NCBI GenBank assembly: GCA_045636045.1
Contig: JAZTWT010000011.1
Coordinates: 1 to 63,449 of the forward strand
Length of the DNA stretch: 63,449 nt
From: Candidatus Enterousia sp.
GTDB lineage: Bacteria > Pseudomonadota > Alphaproteobacteria > Rs-D84
Direction of reading: 5' to 3'
The position numbers and the translations under genes are program-made. Below the pieces are notes generated by a model. It worked only from the letters and a program-made list of their open reading frames with translations. It had not been told where the DNA came from and ran no database searches. This document shows, one piece after another, positions 1 to 8,813 of the stretch; position 1 is the stretch's first letter, and each line of letters starts with the position of its first letter.

Positions 1-54
1 AGTCCTAAAAATTGACTATTATTTTGTCAAGTAATAGTTTTTAGGAGTTTTGCT

Positions 55-1062
55 ATGGCCCAAGAAGAAATTATATTTCCAAATAATATTCGCAACATTC
101 GTTTGGCAAGCGGCATGAAAATGACAGAATTGGCACGAAAAAGTGGCCTGTCCCTGTCTGCTGTTTCAAAAATCGAAAAAGGTGTACGTCGCCTGAACCA
201 AAAGCAGTTGTTGAATGTTTGCAATATCTTAGGATGCAAATTATCTGATATTTTCATCAAGGAATCTGATGATGTCGCAAACCAATGGCAAAGCGAAATC
301 AAACGCCGTTTGAATGACAATGAAAACAGTGGACTGAAGGTGTTTGGCAGCGGTCTGCGTAAAATCCGTCAACAGTCGGGCAAAACCATCGCACAGGCCG
401 CCAAAGAAGCCGGTATGACATTGTCCGTTTATCATAAAATCGAAGTTGGGCAGCGCGAAATATATAAAAACGAAATCGAACCACTGGCCAAATCTTTCGC
501 AATGGGTGCAGAAGATTTATTTGATAAAATTGCAAATCTGTATAAATCAGGCGAATTGAACAAGCATATCAGCAAAGTAAAAGAACGTGTAAAATCTGTT
601 CTGGTGCCGGGTAATCCATTGTCTGGCATTGATATGCATGGCAGTTTGTATGGTGCAAAGTTATATGATAGTGCACGCAAAAAATTAGTTCCTGTATTTG
701 GTACACCATCTGGAAAATCAATCGCATTCAAAAAATCTGATAAAACAATGATTGTTGCACCAATGACACTGGAAGGTCGCGCAGGAATTTACGCCGTCGC
801 CCCGAATACAAAGCGCCTGGGTGGTATTATCCCAGAAAAATCATATGTATTTGCAGATGCAATGACACAAGCACAGCCAGGTGATATGGCAGTATGTATT
901 GATACAGATTTTGACACACTGGATAATGAAACAACAATTAATGTCCAGATTGTTAGCGTACGCCAGGATTCCAAAGGTAAAATTTATGGGCATATTTCTG
1001 GGCCAGATGAAAAAATCACCGGTCAGGTCATGCACAAGGTTGTAATGATTGTTATGGAATAA
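55..1062 (+). CDS. XRE-family (CI-like) repressor with two tandem HTH domains and a C-terminal LexA/S24-like beta domain
   Basis: ATG at 55. There are two XRE HTH patterns (IRNIRLASGMKMTELARKSGLSLSAVSKIEKG and LRKIRQQSGKTIAQAAKEAGMTLSVYHKIEVG). The C-terminal ~130 aa resemble the CI/LexA fold, but I cannot see a clear Ser/Lys dyad. Confidence 0.7.
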   Translation: MAQEEIIFPNNIRNIRLASGMKMTELARKSGLSLSAVSKIEKGVRRLNQKQLLNVCNILGCKLSDIFIKESDDVANQWQSEIKRRLNDNENSGLKVFGSGLRKIRQQSGKTIAQAAKEAGMTLSVYHKIEVGQREIYKNEIEPLAKSFAMGAEDLFDKIANLYKSGELNKHISKVKERVKSVLVPGNPLSGIDMHGSLYGAKLYDSARKKLVPVFGTPSGKSIAFKKSDKTMIVAPMTLEGRAGIYAVAPNTKRLGGIIPEKSYVFADAMTQAQPGDMAVCIDTDFDTLDNETTINVQIVSVRQDSKGKIYGHISGPDEKITGQVMHKVVMIVME

Positions 1063-1095
1063 GTCATATCCATTTCACCAGGAGAGAGGCACGAA

Positions 1096-1734
1096 ATGAA
1101 AGCAAAAATCAAAACAATCGCACAAAGATTATTAAACCTGTATCGCCAAGAACATGTTATTGTTGGCGGATGGGCGGTGCTGAATCCGATATTTCTGAAT
1201 GATGCAAACGATGATGTTATTGCGGAACTGAATGATATGCCGGCCGGCAAACTGTTGGTTCAGCATATTGAAAATCTGCGCAGTGGTAAAACCCCAATGG
1301 ATTCTATTGAACGTGAACTGTTGCCATATGGGGGTATGATGACAGAATCAATCGCATCAATCAATCTGCGTGATGGTGAAATGAATGAACTGCAAAGGGC
1401 AATTCAAGACTTTATCCCGGATCAGGCTGGTCTGGATATGTTTTTGTCATTGCCGGTTGTTCGCAGATTTGGCGAAGAATGGCCGGTCGCAATTCGTTCT
1501 GTGATTGCCAAACAGCCACAGTTGCTGGCAAAGTGGGACGTAATTAAACAGACGTATGATGCATACCGATTATGGGATTCTGCAAATGAAATTATTTCAA
1601 ACCCATTGTCTGAACGTGCACGTGCATTGGTTCAATCAGATATGCCTGATTATGAAACATATCTGCCAAAATTTGGGGTCCAGGGCATTGAACTGTTGGA
1701 AAAATTGCGCACATTTATCAGTACTTTGAATTAG
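1096..1734 (+). CDS. hypothetical protein, 212 aa, co-oriented with the repressor
   Basis: ATG at 1096 is preceded by GGAGAGAGG. No recognisable motif. The 3' end overlaps the convergent truncated terminase ORF by 4 nt. Confidence 0.5.
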   Translation: MKAKIKTIAQRLLNLYRQEHVIVGGWAVLNPIFLNDANDDVIAELNDMPAGKLLVQHIENLRSGKTPMDSIERELLPYGGMMTESIASINLRDGEMNELQRAIQDFIPDQAGLDMFLSLPVVRRFGEEWPVAIRSVIAKQPQLLAKWDVIKQTYDAYRLWDSANEIISNPLSERARALVQSDMPDYETYLPKFGVQGIELLEKLRTFISTLN

Positions 1735-2375
1735 TCTTCTTCGCAGGTTCTGTATATCGTATCATGGGTATGCGGCGTACCAATGTAAATCATTGTGCCG
1801 GTGGGCGATAAAATAAAATCTAATTCACGCAGTCTTTCACGCAGACTTTCACGTTTTTGGGCTGTGTTGGTTGTATTTGGAACCTCGATATCATCGCAAA
1901 TAATCAGGTCTGCACGCATGCCTGTGATATTTCCATGAATCCCCTGGCAGATAACCGACGGTTCGCGTATTCCGATTGGACGATTTATTGTTATGCGACC
2001 CGTGGCCCATTCTTTCTTGTTCGTCGGTATCAAATCAGCACACCACGGATGATTTTCCAAGATATGACGTACATGACCGACCATACGCGATGCCAAACCA
2101 TTTTCTGCAGATAATATCAATATCCGTGTTTCTGGGCGCATGTACAGAACACATGCCACAAAAATACCAACAACCGTTGATTTTCCGGAATGACGAAACG
2201 CCATCAACAACCCACGATGTGGTGATTTTTCCCAAACATCAACCAGAAACGCCATTATCTGTTTGTGATGCTTTGGGGTTTTATACCCCAAGATTCGATT
2301 CCATTCATCCAGAAAACTACAAAACCCCGTAATCATCGATATTTTCGTTTGATGCAACATCTGTGATATAACCAT
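1731..2375 (-). CDS. phage terminase large subunit, N-terminal ATPase domain only (truncated relative to the family)
   Basis: Walker A-like RHSGKST and Walker B-like ADLIICDD are present. The ORF stops after 214 aa (IGTPHTHDTIYRTCEED*), where the nuclease domain normally follows. Alternative ATGs lie at 2360 and 2336. Confidence 0.7.
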   Translation of the reverse strand: MVISQMLHQTKISMITGFCSFLDEWNRILGYKTPKHHKQIMAFLVDVWEKSPHRGLLMAFRHSGKSTVVGIFVACVLYMRPETRILILSAENGLASRMVGHVRHILENHPWCADLIPTNKKEWATGRITINRPIGIREPSVICQGIHGNITGMRADLIICDDIEVPNTTNTAQKRESLRERLRELDFILSPTGTMIYIGTPHTHDTIYRTCEED

Positions 2376-2865
2376 AATCGTTTATCAATTTTGGCAGCGC
2401 GTTTTCCAAAACACCCAATAAATTACGATACAGCCCCAGAACCGCCCCACCTGATAACTTGTCAGATATAACAGAATGGGTATAATCAATCAAAGATTTG
2501 ATATTATCATGACGATTTGTCCATTCTTGTAAATCAATGTCTATTGAGCGCAAATCCTGGAACGCGGATAATAGAAAGTTAAAGTCAGCGTTCAAATTTT
2601 CTGGTGCTATTTGTTTCATCGGTTGGTAATCAATTGTTCTGCTTAATGAAATTTGTCGGAAAATGTCTATTCTTGTATCAGCAGTGGGCGCTTCGTTAAA
2701 AACAACATTTCCACCCGAATAATCTTCGTTTGGCATTACAGAATACACCAGCCCCGTTCCAACGGTTTCATTTATCGCCACATGAATATCTGCAATTTGA
2801 AAAAAAGGAAAAGAAAATGCAAATTCTGTTGTCGCGCCGTCCGCTATATATGATATTTTATACAT
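2317..2865 (-). CDS. T7 gp17-like tail fibre N-terminal (tail-attachment) domain protein, no receptor-binding domain
   Basis: Start MYKISYIADGATTEFAFSFPFF follows SD GGGGGGA. The pattern Y..DG..T.F.F.F plus a later ..LNADFNFLL..FQDL block resembles fibre N-domains. Only 182 aa. Confidence 0.5.
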   Translation of the reverse strand: MYKISYIADGATTEFAFSFPFFQIADIHVAINETVGTGLVYSVMPNEDYSGGNVVFNEAPTADTRIDIFRQISLSRTIDYQPMKQIAPENLNADFNFLLSAFQDLRSIDIDLQEWTNRHDNIKSLIDYTHSVISDKLSGGAVLGLYRNLLGVLENALPKLINDYGYITDVASNENIDDYGVL

Positions 2866-2882
2866 GTTATCCCCCCATACCA

Positions 2883-3233
2883 CTAGCCACCAACAATATC
2901 ATCAAAGCGCGACAATAAAGATTTTAATAAATTTGGTTTGGCAGCATGTGCTTTCTTTAATTTCAACAGGTTTTCATTGCGTTTCTTTTCATATGGTGCG
3001 GCCGTTTCTGATTTTAAACGTTTTAATACAGCACCTTCGGTTATGCCAGAATTTGACATACCAGATGCCCCATATTTTGCACGCTGGGTTGCCAAAACTT
3101 TTTTTATCAGATTTGTTCTTTCGGCATCATCCGTGGCCATTTGTTTCAAAATTTCCTGGCGCTGTGATTTTGCCTGTTTTTTATCTTCTTTGTAATCAAG
3201 CAGTTTTGTTACATCAGATACTATTTGTCCCAT
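2883..3233 (-). CDS. small basic/coiled-coil virion protein in the T7 gp13 position
   Basis: An internal ATG at 3233 (MGQIVSDVTKLL) is preceded by AAGGGGAT. The longer 158-aa ORF would overlap the upstream gene by 90 nt. Confidence 0.4.
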   Translation of the reverse strand: MGQIVSDVTKLLDYKEDKKQAKSQRQEILKQMATDDAERTNLIKKVLATQRAKYGASGMSNSGITEGAVLKRLKSETAAPYEKKRNENLLKLKKAHAAKPNLLKSLLSRFDDIVGG

Positions 3234-3268
3234 TTTTTTATCCCCTTTTGATAAGAAAAAAATGCATG

Positions 3269-4984
3269 TTATACCGAGTACCAACCATGTATTGTCATCG
3301 ACAGTACAGTAATTGGTTCGGAATCTGTTCCGTGAACTGTCCACAATGGTTGAATGCAATCATTCATCGTTCCCAATAAATTAATTGATACATCACCACA
3401 AAAACCAGGACTGTCCGCAGAATATATTTCATTCGGTAAATTAATACGGTGCGAATTTATATGAACTGATTTTGTATCAAGCAAGCGTGCAACCAATTTT
3501 CGTAACTTTACGCGCGTAGCACTGTGTCCAGATGCGCGCAGCGGCAAACCAGATGCAATATATGAAAATTCATATCTTTCACAATCTTTCATTGCTGTTT
3601 CTGAAAAACATTCCAGGAACACACCATCTGCACGCCTGGTTGCCAGATATGTACGACCATCTGAGATGGCAACTGACATAACATGCCCCATGGTTTTATA
3701 TCGCCCCCATGCGGATATACCCAATGCAGAATTATGATTCAAAACAGCAATCATGCCATCACCACACACAACGAATAATCGGTGCTGTAACGGATTGTAC
3801 GCCATGTCCACAGGATTTTTTATCAAGTGTCGCGCAAATGCACATAAATCATTTGCGTTGTAATGTTCGCCCAATTCATCCAATCCTAATTCGCGAATAT
3901 CGCAACCAGATGCGGACATGAATACTGTAGCCCCTTCGATTTTCTGTGGCGGCAGGAAACGCGCCATATATGAACCAATCGATGTATGCTGTTTTATATC
4001 GACTGATGATGGGGTTAATGGTTTACTGGAAATCGCCCATTCGCCAACATTTGTCAGAATTTGCAGGTTATCACTGCTGACGACGGTACTAATTTGTTGA
4101 CGTTGCTGCGACAGTAATGATATGAATATCGCTTCGTCGTCCAATCCGGTTCCAACATCGAAATTGTTATGCTGGCCAACCTGCGACATCCAAATACCGC
4201 CCGGCCAATCACGCGAACCACCGAACACCAACCTGTCTTGATGAAATGTGATACTGCGTGGCCAACCACGACGCATGCCAAATGCCGCTTCGCGCCAATC
4301 TGAAACACTGCTGGACGGCAGTGAATATGCACCATTGGTATGCGCAACTATCTGTGTTGGGCTGATGTATTCATAGACATACCACTGTTTGTCCAACAGA
4401 TATAGCCGCCCACCAACATTATTCGGTTTCCAGAAGTCTGCACTGGTTGTAAATGTGGCAAAGTTATTCCCATGCGAATTTGTTGTGACTGTAATTGTTA
4501 TGTTAGACGCATCATCAAATCTGACAAATGGCATATTCAATGTCATGTCTGCGTCATTACGCAGAAAAGCAAATTCAGACAATGTAAAATATTGTCCAGA
4601 CTGCCGTAAAACCTGGGGTGGGTAATCAGGATGCACAAATATCATTGTTCCGAAACGCTGGGCATACTGAACATGCGCCAACGCAGAATACGACCATGGT
4701 GTAATTATGTCTTGAACACGTTCTGTACCATGAAATATGTACATGTGCATATCAGTTAATGCAATTATATATTCATTTGATTCTGATACAGAAAAAGATA
4801 TTATACGCGCATCCCCAGATAACTTGCATACAGACTCTAGCCCCATTCTGCGCGTGATTCCACCGCCGGCCAAGACATCCATATTTTCAAGTTTTGACAA
4901 ACCGTTAATATCATCACGCGCATAAAAATCTGGGGAAACTTCACCATTTGCAAAAGAATTTTGTGTTTTTATAAAATTTGCCAT
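3269..4984 (-). CDS. large virion protein in the tail tubular protein B (gp12) position
   Basis: 571 aa with SD AGGGGA. The N-terminus FANGEVSPDFYARDDINGLSKLENMDVLAGGGITRRMG matches a motif I associate with podovirus tail-tube/nozzle proteins. Its position directly follows the gp11-like gene. Confidence 0.5.
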   Translation of the reverse strand: MANFIKTQNSFANGEVSPDFYARDDINGLSKLENMDVLAGGGITRRMGLESVCKLSGDARIISFSVSESNEYIIALTDMHMYIFHGTERVQDIITPWSYSALAHVQYAQRFGTMIFVHPDYPPQVLRQSGQYFTLSEFAFLRNDADMTLNMPFVRFDDASNITITVTTNSHGNNFATFTTSADFWKPNNVGGRLYLLDKQWYVYEYISPTQIVAHTNGAYSLPSSSVSDWREAAFGMRRGWPRSITFHQDRLVFGGSRDWPGGIWMSQVGQHNNFDVGTGLDDEAIFISLLSQQRQQISTVVSSDNLQILTNVGEWAISSKPLTPSSVDIKQHTSIGSYMARFLPPQKIEGATVFMSASGCDIRELGLDELGEHYNANDLCAFARHLIKNPVDMAYNPLQHRLFVVCGDGMIAVLNHNSALGISAWGRYKTMGHVMSVAISDGRTYLATRRADGVFLECFSETAMKDCERYEFSYIASGLPLRASGHSATRVKLRKLVARLLDTKSVHINSHRINLPNEIYSADSPGFCGDVSINLLGTMNDCIQPLWTVHGTDSEPITVLSMTIHGWYSV

Positions 4985-5000
4985 TGTTTATCCCCTGATG

Positions 5001-5525
5001 TTAATAACGCGCAGAAATCAAAGAAAAATCACTGATTCCATTATTTGTTGTTGACGAGGCGTCCAGAAATTTTGCTGTTTGCAATTCTGTTTCATACAGT
5101 GCCACCAACATACGAAATATCGTCTGATCACCCATTAATGGAATACAAAATTCCATTGCCAGACGGGTTGCCGCCAATGATACAAAATATGCAGGAAACT
5201 TTTCTGTTGATGTACGCACCAGTGCAATTATTGTCACTGTTTCAGAATCTGAAAATATGCGATCGCCAATAATACGCCCTGATCCTGATGTGTGCAATAC
5301 GCGCAAGACATTTGGTGGCAGTTGGAAATTACCGTCTGTATTGCGTTTCAAGTCAATTTCCGACGTAGCAAAACGCCATGGATAAATTGTAATCAATGAA
5401 TCAATAACTGGGTCAAATAATGTGCGCGATAACTTGGCGGATGCAGTGTCATCGGTCAATGATTGAATTGGCTGTTCACCAAGTTTTAATAAAGCCATGG
5501 AACACAAGTCTATTTTGGTAAGCAT
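5001..5525 (-). CDS. tail tubular protein A (T7 gp11-like)
   Basis: 174 aa. The N-terminal pattern LCSMALLKLGEQPIQSLTDDTASAKL...W.F parallels T7 gp11 (VNDILASIGEPPVSTLEGD..A..A...W.F). SD AAGGGAA. Confidence 0.6.
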   Translation of the reverse strand: MLTKIDLCSMALLKLGEQPIQSLTDDTASAKLSRTLFDPVIDSLITIYPWRFATSEIDLKRNTDGNFQLPPNVLRVLHTSGSGRIIGDRIFSDSETVTIIALVRTSTEKFPAYFVSLAATRLAMEFCIPLMGDQTIFRMLVALYETELQTAKFLDASSTTNNGISDFSLISARY

Positions 5526-5594
5526 TTTTGTTCCCTTTGTTTTTTATGTATTAAGATTAAAGGCCGACATTTTCGCCGGCCATTTTGTTGATAT

Positions 5595-5828
5595 TTACGC
5601 CAATGCGACCGTCGTGACATTCAATTCTGTCAGATTGATTTTCTTAATCGCGGTGTTATCAGATGCATTAATAATGATAATATCACCGATATTCATAAGA
5701 GTTTTTACATTATTAAAATACCCGTTTGCCGTAATCGTCGCCAATGTTTCGGATGCACTGCTGTAATGCCATAATGTAAAACCGTTTGCATAAGCAATAA
5801 CAGACAAATTTTTATTCTGAAAAGCCAT
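5595..5828 (-). CDS. small conserved phage head-associated protein (77 aa)
   Basis: ATG with SD AGGGA, located immediately downstream of the capsid gene. Function not recognisable. Confidence 0.4.
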   Translation of the reverse strand: MAFQNKNLSVIAYANGFTLWHYSSASETLATITANGYFNNVKTLMNIGDIIIINASDNTAIKKINLTELNVTTVALA

Positions 5829-5868
5829 GTATTTTCCCTTTTGTTTATTTTATTTGAAATCTGTGCTT

Positions 5869-6693
5869 TTAAGCATTTGCGCCATCAGAACATTTGATGC
5901 GAACAATACCATCACCATCAATCAAGACAGCACCCTGGGACATACTGTTGCTGATAAAGTGTGCTGCGCGTTCACCATGCCATGAAATATCAGACCTTAC
6001 CTCTTGACCGCAGGCATGACCGATGCTGGATGCATGATAGATAAAGCAATCACGATTAGCGCCCGATACCGGCAAGCCATTATGCAACACCCATGTGATA
6101 CCCAACCATTTGCGTGCTTCGAAACCGTTTAATAATGGCGTGTCAGATACATAATCCGCAGATACAAATTCATCCATGCTTAACAGTTCGTTCCACTGGT
6201 GAACACCAACAACCGCAAAACGACGACCATCATCTGGCACATCATTTGTGTTCAGAACTTCCAGTGCGCCTAAAACCAATTCCTTGGTCAGACCAGTTGT
6301 ATAATCACCAATACTGGCGGTCGCCGTGTTCATTGCAGAAATAATCAATTCATCAGTTTTTCTGCCCAATGCATACGCACCAGCAGATGCAACAACGCGA
6401 CGCTCGTCAATGTTTGTTTTTAATTCATCAAGGCTGTCAACCCAGTCGCCGGCATAATAATCCATTAACAAACATTCCACTGGTTCATGATTTAGATTCA
6501 TAACAGGAACAATACCGTGACGTGATTTTGTGCTGGCTGTGCCACGTCCAACCTTTTGAAAGGTTGTTGATGCGCCTATCACACCTGATTTACTGCGAAC
6601 TGTTGAACGCAGTTTTGTGCCCATCTGTTGATATGCCAAATGAACATCGGCTTCGAATTGTTTTACAAATACATTGTCTATGGAAACAGACAT
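5869..6693 (-). CDS. phage major capsid protein
   Basis: 274 aa. The N-terminus MSVSIDNVFVKQFEADVHLAYQQMGTKLRSTVR...FQKVGRGTA and the ..ERRVVASAGAYALGRKTDELII.. block are typical of podovirus coat proteins as I recall them. Sits in the gp10 position. Confidence 0.65.
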   Translation of the reverse strand: MSVSIDNVFVKQFEADVHLAYQQMGTKLRSTVRSKSGVIGASTTFQKVGRGTASTKSRHGIVPVMNLNHEPVECLLMDYYAGDWVDSLDELKTNIDERRVVASAGAYALGRKTDELIISAMNTATASIGDYTTGLTKELVLGALEVLNTNDVPDDGRRFAVVGVHQWNELLSMDEFVSADYVSDTPLLNGFEARKWLGITWVLHNGLPVSGANRDCFIYHASSIGHACGQEVRSDISWHGERAAHFISNSMSQGAVLIDGDGIVRIKCSDGANA

Positions 6694-6867
6694 ATAAAAA
6701 TCCTTTGGTTAATAAATAAGAATTAAAATTCGAGTTTTGTATTTTGGTTATGCAACTAAATGCGCCAGAAAGACAAAATAAAAAATGGGTCTGCATATGC
6801 AGATTATCCGTAAAAAATATCAGTCAGACTGTGCACATTAATCTGACTGATACAATTTAAAAAAATA

Positions 6868-6883
6868 CCCCGCGATTGCGGGG
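6868..6883. terminator. bidirectional rho-independent terminator hairpin CCCCGC-GATT-GCGGGG
   Basis: A perfect 6-bp GC stem is flanked by an A-run (6859-6866) and a T-run (6891-6898). It lies directly after the stop of the KA-repeat gene. Confidence 0.7.
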
Positions 6884-6889
6884 GTTATC

Positions 6890-7273
6890 TTATTTTTTCT
6901 TGCAACATTTTTTTGCAGGCGCTTTCTTTGCAACTGGTTTTGCTGCAACCTTCTTTACTGCAACTTTCTTAACTGCAACTTTCTTTGCAACTGGTTTTGC
7001 AACAACTGCTTTTTTTGCAGGTGCTTTCTTTGCAACTGGTTTTGCAGCAACCTTCTTAACCGCAACTTTTTTTGCAACCGGTTTCGCAGCAACTTTTTTA
7101 ACTGCAACTTTCTTTGCAACTGGTTTTGCAACAACTGCTTTTTTTGCAGGCGCTTTCTTTGCAACAGTTTTCGCAGCAACCGCTTTTTTTGCGGGCGCTT
7201 TCTTTGCAACAGGTTTCGCAACAACTGGTTTTGCTGCTTCTACTTTTTTAGATTTTCTAAAGAAAAATCCCAT
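6890..7273 (-). CDS. Lys/Ala/Pro/Val repeat protein, histone H1-like (127 aa)
   Basis: ATG at 7273 with SD AGGAGAGAAGGA and a terminator just downstream. The sequence is almost entirely AKPVAKK / APAKKAVV / VAVKKV repeats. The underlying DNA is an imperfect tandem repeat. Confidence 0.65.
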   Translation of the reverse strand: MGFFFRKSKKVEAAKPVVAKPVAKKAPAKKAVAAKTVAKKAPAKKAVVAKPVAKKVAVKKVAAKPVAKKVAVKKVAAKPVAKKAPAKKAVVAKPVAKKVAVKKVAVKKVAAKPVAKKAPAKKCCKKK

Positions 7274-7383
7274 TCCTTCTCTCCTTTAACTACGTTCTGT
7301 GACAGAACAAACATGTTTTGTTCTTACTGTGTATTTTATCACAAACACCAAATACTAGTAAAGAAGAAAAGTTATTTTTTATA

Positions 7384-8040
7384 TTATGAATATAATTTTT
7401 TAAATCCATTTTCAATTTTACGAATGTATTCTGCATCACCATCACGCCAATATTTTGGATCGCGCATCATGCGACGCAAATCAGAATCGGATAAATTTTT
7501 TATGCTGTTTGATTCTGTTTGCACATCAGGTTCCATTGATTGCATCATCTTGTACATGCTTTGGATTCCCTGGGGTGACGCGCATAACGCTTCGTATGCA
7601 TCGCGTGGCAGGAAGCGTTCACCAAACGTATTTATTGCATGTAATGTATCGTTCATTTTTTCATCATTACCAAAGATTTTTTTTAATTCGCTTACTGCAT
7701 TATTTTCATTTTGCGCAGAAAATAATTCTGAAATTATTGGTGATAAAAATTCGTTTGCCAGTTCATAAATTTTTTCAACCTGGTTGCAAGTCAATCCAAT
7801 TTGTAAAAATTTTTCACGCAGATTTTCATCATCATATAATTCGTTTGTCGGATATTCAGATGCATCTGTTGGTACACCAATCACATGATTAAAACGTTGA
7901 CGCGTGGCATCGTCTGATTCAGATGTTGGTATGGTCACCATCGTTCCTATTTTCTTTTCCAGTTCTGAATATGATTTCATCAATGCAGACGCATTAAGTG
8001 TTCCATCTTCGTTTAAAAATTTTTCTGGAATATTATCCAT
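7384..8040 (-). CDS. phage scaffolding (capsid assembly) protein
   Basis: The internal ATG at 8040 (MDNIPEKFLNEDGTLNASALMKSYSELEKKIG) has SD AAGGAA. This N-terminal motif and the acidic helical body fit scaffold proteins. Sits in the gp9 position. Confidence 0.55.
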   Translation of the reverse strand: MDNIPEKFLNEDGTLNASALMKSYSELEKKIGTMVTIPTSESDDATRQRFNHVIGVPTDASEYPTNELYDDENLREKFLQIGLTCNQVEKIYELANEFLSPIISELFSAQNENNAVSELKKIFGNDEKMNDTLHAINTFGERFLPRDAYEALCASPQGIQSMYKMMQSMEPDVQTESNSIKNLSDSDLRRMMRDPKYWRDGDAEYIRKIENGFKKLYS

Positions 8041-8236
8041 TCTTGTTTCCTTTGGTTTCGTTTGATTTGCGCAGAAAATATATTCCGGCCAATGTAAATA
8101 TTGATTGCAACATAACAAATAAATCACTGTCACCAACCAGGTATGCACCAACCGCTGATATTATTCCTGTTGCAGAAATTATGTATGTGCGATACCCTGA
8201 CAGATATCCACCGCGTATAATATTTTTCATGTTCAT
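8033..8236 (-). CDS. holin-like small membrane protein (67 aa)
   Basis: ATG at 8236 lies 4 nt after the lysin stop. Two hydrophobic segments (TYIISATGIISAVGAYLV and LQSIFTLAGIYFL) are followed by a charged tail. The ORF overlaps the scaffold start by 8 nt. Confidence 0.4.
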   Translation of the reverse strand: MNMKNIIRGGYLSGYRTYIISATGIISAVGAYLVGDSDLFVMLQSIFTLAGIYFLRKSNETKGNKNG

Positions 8237-8240
8237 CCCA

Positions 8241-8651
8241 TCACAGATAAAATAACATACCGTCAATGTCAGCAATATAGCCACGCGCACGCGCCCATTC
8301 TGGCATAACATTCGCATGATGAAAACGTGTTGCGCCATGACAACAATCGGGCAGTCCACCACGCAACATGCGTTGCGCAACGCGCAGACACATACGAAAG
8401 CCACGTTCAATTGGACAAACGACCAAGCGTTCATGATATGGCGATTTATCGGATAAAACACGGAATATATTTTCATCAGATATTAAATCTGAAATTTCTA
8501 TACCTGATTTGTTTGAATAATTCTGTATCATTGATGTTAATGCCTCGACCCCGGGCAATGATTGCGCACCTGTTTCTGCATACACAATGCGCGCAATGCG
8601 ATATGCCAGACCGGCGGACATGTCCGTGTTATTAACAACTGTGAAATTCAT
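8241..8651 (-). CDS. cell-wall hydrolase (SleB / Hydrolase_2-like) endolysin
   Basis: Start at MNFTVVNN (ATG at 8651). The motifs IARIVYAETG, the Cys pair, and ..ATRFHHANVMPEWA.. are typical of SleB-type amidases. Confidence 0.65.
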   Translation of the reverse strand: MNFTVVNNTDMSAGLAYRIARIVYAETGAQSLPGVEALTSMIQNYSNKSGIEISDLISDENIFRVLSDKSPYHERLVVCPIERGFRMCLRVAQRMLRGGLPDCCHGATRFHHANVMPEWARARGYIADIDGMLFYL

Positions 8652-8813
8652 GTATCCCCCCCTGGGTATAAAAAATCCCCATGTAAAGCCATGGGGATAA
8701 AAAAAATCCACACGCGAATGTGGATACAATTTGTGCTGTTTATGTTGCGTATACTAACATAATTTTATCAAAAAGTCAAGCAAATAATTTCAACTGCGGC
8801 GTTTTCAGGGATT

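Larger units (their letters stand above)
1731..8651 (-). mobile_element. T7-ordered podovirus-like structural/lysis gene block (prophage remnant or domesticated module)
   Basis: Minus-strand order is lysin, holin, scaffold, KA-repeat protein, capsid, small protein, gp11-like, gp12-position protein, gp13-position protein, gp17 N-domain-like, TerL ATPase domain. The genes are tightly packed and have SD sequences. No portal, gp14-16 or small terminase is present. Confidence 0.6.

Noticed and set aside
6876-7289. 137-aa plus-strand ORF (FFATGFAATFF repeats) and a second minus-strand frame (6955-7224) over the KA-repeat gene.
   Set aside because: These are mirror and alternative frames of a repetitive, compositionally skewed sequence. 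Only the 6890-7273 minus frame has a strong SD and a downstream terminator.
8237-8476. Long version of the holin-like ORF (8033-8476), and similar upstream extensions of the scaffold (to 8151) and lysin (to 8729) ORFs.
   Set aside because: The extensions overlap the preceding genes in another frame and lack SD sequences. Internal ATGs with SDs give non-overlapping, T7-like packing.
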